Below the pieces are notes generated by a model. That model did not search any database. It was not told the DNA's origin and worked only from the letters and a program-made list of their open reading frames with translations. From an uncultured archaeon (GTDB lineage Archaea > Asgardarchaeota > Thorarchaeia > Thorarchaeales > Thorarchaeaceae), in NCBI GenBank assembly GCA_964354495.1, contig CAYHAA010000041.1, positions 1-6,181 of the forward strand: a stretch of 6,181 bases of DNA, written 5' to 3'. The translations under genes were made by a program, and so were the position numbers. Shown here in pieces: positions 5,160-6,181 of this stretch (position 1 is its first letter; each line of letters starts with the position of its first letter).

Positions 5160-5906
5160 ATGGATCGACAAGCGAAGTACCAGAGTCATTGGGAGAATTC
5201 TGAGGTACTTGTGAATGTACCCTTCAGTGCTGCAGGTGTTGGCACGACAGTCGTCTTAACATCAAAATTCACCGGACGAATCATGCTCATGGATGTGGGA
5301 GATGGTGCTGTCCGAGATCTTCTTGACTCAACTGGAACCACCAATTTTGTGTTCGACATAGATCTCATCGCTATTACTCATGGGCATTTTGATCATGTTG
5401 GGGGTCTTCACACACTCCTTGGATTCATGAGAATGCTGGGACGAAAAGAGCCTCTCAATATTCTCATTCCCACTCACTGCGTAGAGGCGATTAGGATTAT
5501 CAAGGGTTTTCGTGACTGCTATCCTGAAACACTTCCGTTCAAAATCTGGTATCATGAGACATCTCAGGGGTCTGAGTTTGATACCGACTTCTTCAAGGTC
5601 AAGTCTTTCGGAGTCGAGCACTTTGGAACGGAGTGCAACACCGAAAGCGAGGTTCTCATGCCTGCGCTGGGTTTTAGAGTGCAAGTCGGAGAGTCTGTCG
5701 TAGCATATTCCGGCGACACGAGAGTCTGCAGTGGTGTGGAGATGGCTGTAACGAATGCTGACTTGGCAATTTTGGAGGCTACGCATCCCGTCACTCCGGA
5801 CGCCGGAGTGCGTGTTCATCTGTCTGTCGAAGAAGCTACAAAACTCGGTGAGCTGGCAAGGGCTTACATTCTAATTCATCGGATTCCTGACACTGATAAT
5901 TCATGA
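5160..5906 (+). CDS. Metallo-beta-lactamase-fold hydrolase, RNase Z/BN-like but without the tRNA-binding arm
   Basis: 248 aa. Motif I LMDVGDG, motif II ITHGHFDHVGG (HxHxDH), motif III VEH, motif IV AYSGDT, then ILEAT, VHLS and motif V ILIH. Confidence 0.88.
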   Translation: MDRQAKYQSHWENSEVLVNVPFSAAGVGTTVVLTSKFTGRIMLMDVGDGAVRDLLDSTGTTNFVFDIDLIAITHGHFDHVGGLHTLLGFMRMLGRKEPLNILIPTHCVEAIRIIKGFRDCYPETLPFKIWYHETSQGSEFDTDFFKVKSFGVEHFGTECNTESEVLMPALGFRVQVGESVVAYSGDTRVCSGVEMAVTNADLAILEATHPVTPDAGVRVHLSVEEATKLGELARAYILIHRIPDTDNS

Positions 5907-5928
5907 GAAGGACCATCTTGGTTTCTCA
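5904..5928. terminator. Imperfect hairpin spanning the two convergent stop codons (possible bidirectional terminator or processing site)
   Basis: TGAGA(5904-5908)-AG-GACC-ATCTT-GGTT-TCTCA(5924-5928). There is no U-tract, so support is weak. Confidence 0.2.
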
Positions 5929-6180
5929 AAGCACAAACTGAATGGCCCAGAGCACAATCATTCCGAATGATGCTGAAACTGGCACTGTTACTAGCCAAGA
6001 TACGACAATCTCCTTCACCTGCTTCCTTTGGACTGGGGTCTCAGAAATCCAACCTACAGCTATGAGAGCTGCAACTAGGACATGAGTGCCGCTCAGCGGT
6101 ATTCCTAGAAGTGTTCCTGCGAATATAATGATTGAAACAGATATACTAGCAGAGAGTGCAGAAGAGGGCGAGAGTGTAAC
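5926..6180 (-). CDS. Inorganic phosphate transporter, PiT/PHO4 family; C-terminal 84 aa only (5' part outside the window; not in the ORF track)
   Basis: Manual translation of the - strand: VTLSPSSALSASISVSIIIFAGTLLGIPLSGTHVLVAALIAVGWISETPVQRKQVKEIVVSWLVTVPVSASFGMIVLWAIQFVL*. This matches the PiT C-terminal pattern (L-x-P-x-x-A...G-x-P-x-S-x-T-H...I-x-x-S-W-x-x-T-x-P). Stop TGA at 5928-5926. Confidence 0.88.
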   Translation of the reverse strand, partial: VTLSPSSALSASISVSIIIFAGTLLGIPLSGTHVLVAALIAVGWISETPVQRKQVKEIVVSWLVTVPVSASFGMIVLWAIQFVL

Positions 6181-6181
6181 T

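Noticed and set aside
14-5819. Long antisense or alternate-frame ORFs in the track (e.g. 14-484, 886-1578, 1618-1926, 2702-3046, 4133-4735, 5328-5819, 231-416, 1371-1553, 4435-4683)
   Set aside because: Each lies entirely or almost entirely over a well-supported gene and shows no recognisable motif, so they are shadow ORFs.
5904-6064. Open + frame continuing past the hydrolase TGA
   Set aside because: It is the antisense shadow of the PiT gene, and the peptide does not resemble the missing RNase Z C-terminus.
1-6181. CRISPR arrays, tRNA/rRNA genes, IS elements, integrases, long direct repeats
   Set aside because: None seen. The intergenic gaps are all under about 170 nt, with no periodic repeats, cloverleaf or terminal inverted repeats, and no ORF carries transposase or recombinase motifs.

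Overview
A gene-dense, roughly mid-GC prokaryotic window that reads as archaeal (GGAGG/GGTG-type ribosome sites, TTATAA/TTAA promoter-like boxes, a secreted domain rich in N-glycosylation sequons). An Asgard/Thorarchaeia-like origin is my impression only and cannot be confirmed here. Eight genes lie on the + strand: the 3' part of a DUF1028 (Ntn-hydrolase-like) gene, a 2x[4Fe-4S] ferredoxin, an acyl-CoA dehydrogenase, a 54-aa Cys/His microprotein absent from the ORF track (2501-2665), a nitroreductase, a 128-aa membrane protein, a 411-aa multi-domain membrane protein, and an RNase Z-like metallo-beta-lactamase-fold hydrolase. The 3' end of a PiT-family phosphate transporter, also absent from the track, converges on the - strand (5926-6180). 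I see no RNA genes, mobile elements or CRISPR arrays. The best novelty candidates are (i) the microprotein made of two desulforedoxin-like repeats, placed in a redox gene cluster behind a promoter with dyad symmetry, and (ii) the 411-aa protein that joins a sequon-rich outer domain to a cytoplasmic zinc ribbon and a winged-helix-like segment, possibly a one-component transmembrane sensor.
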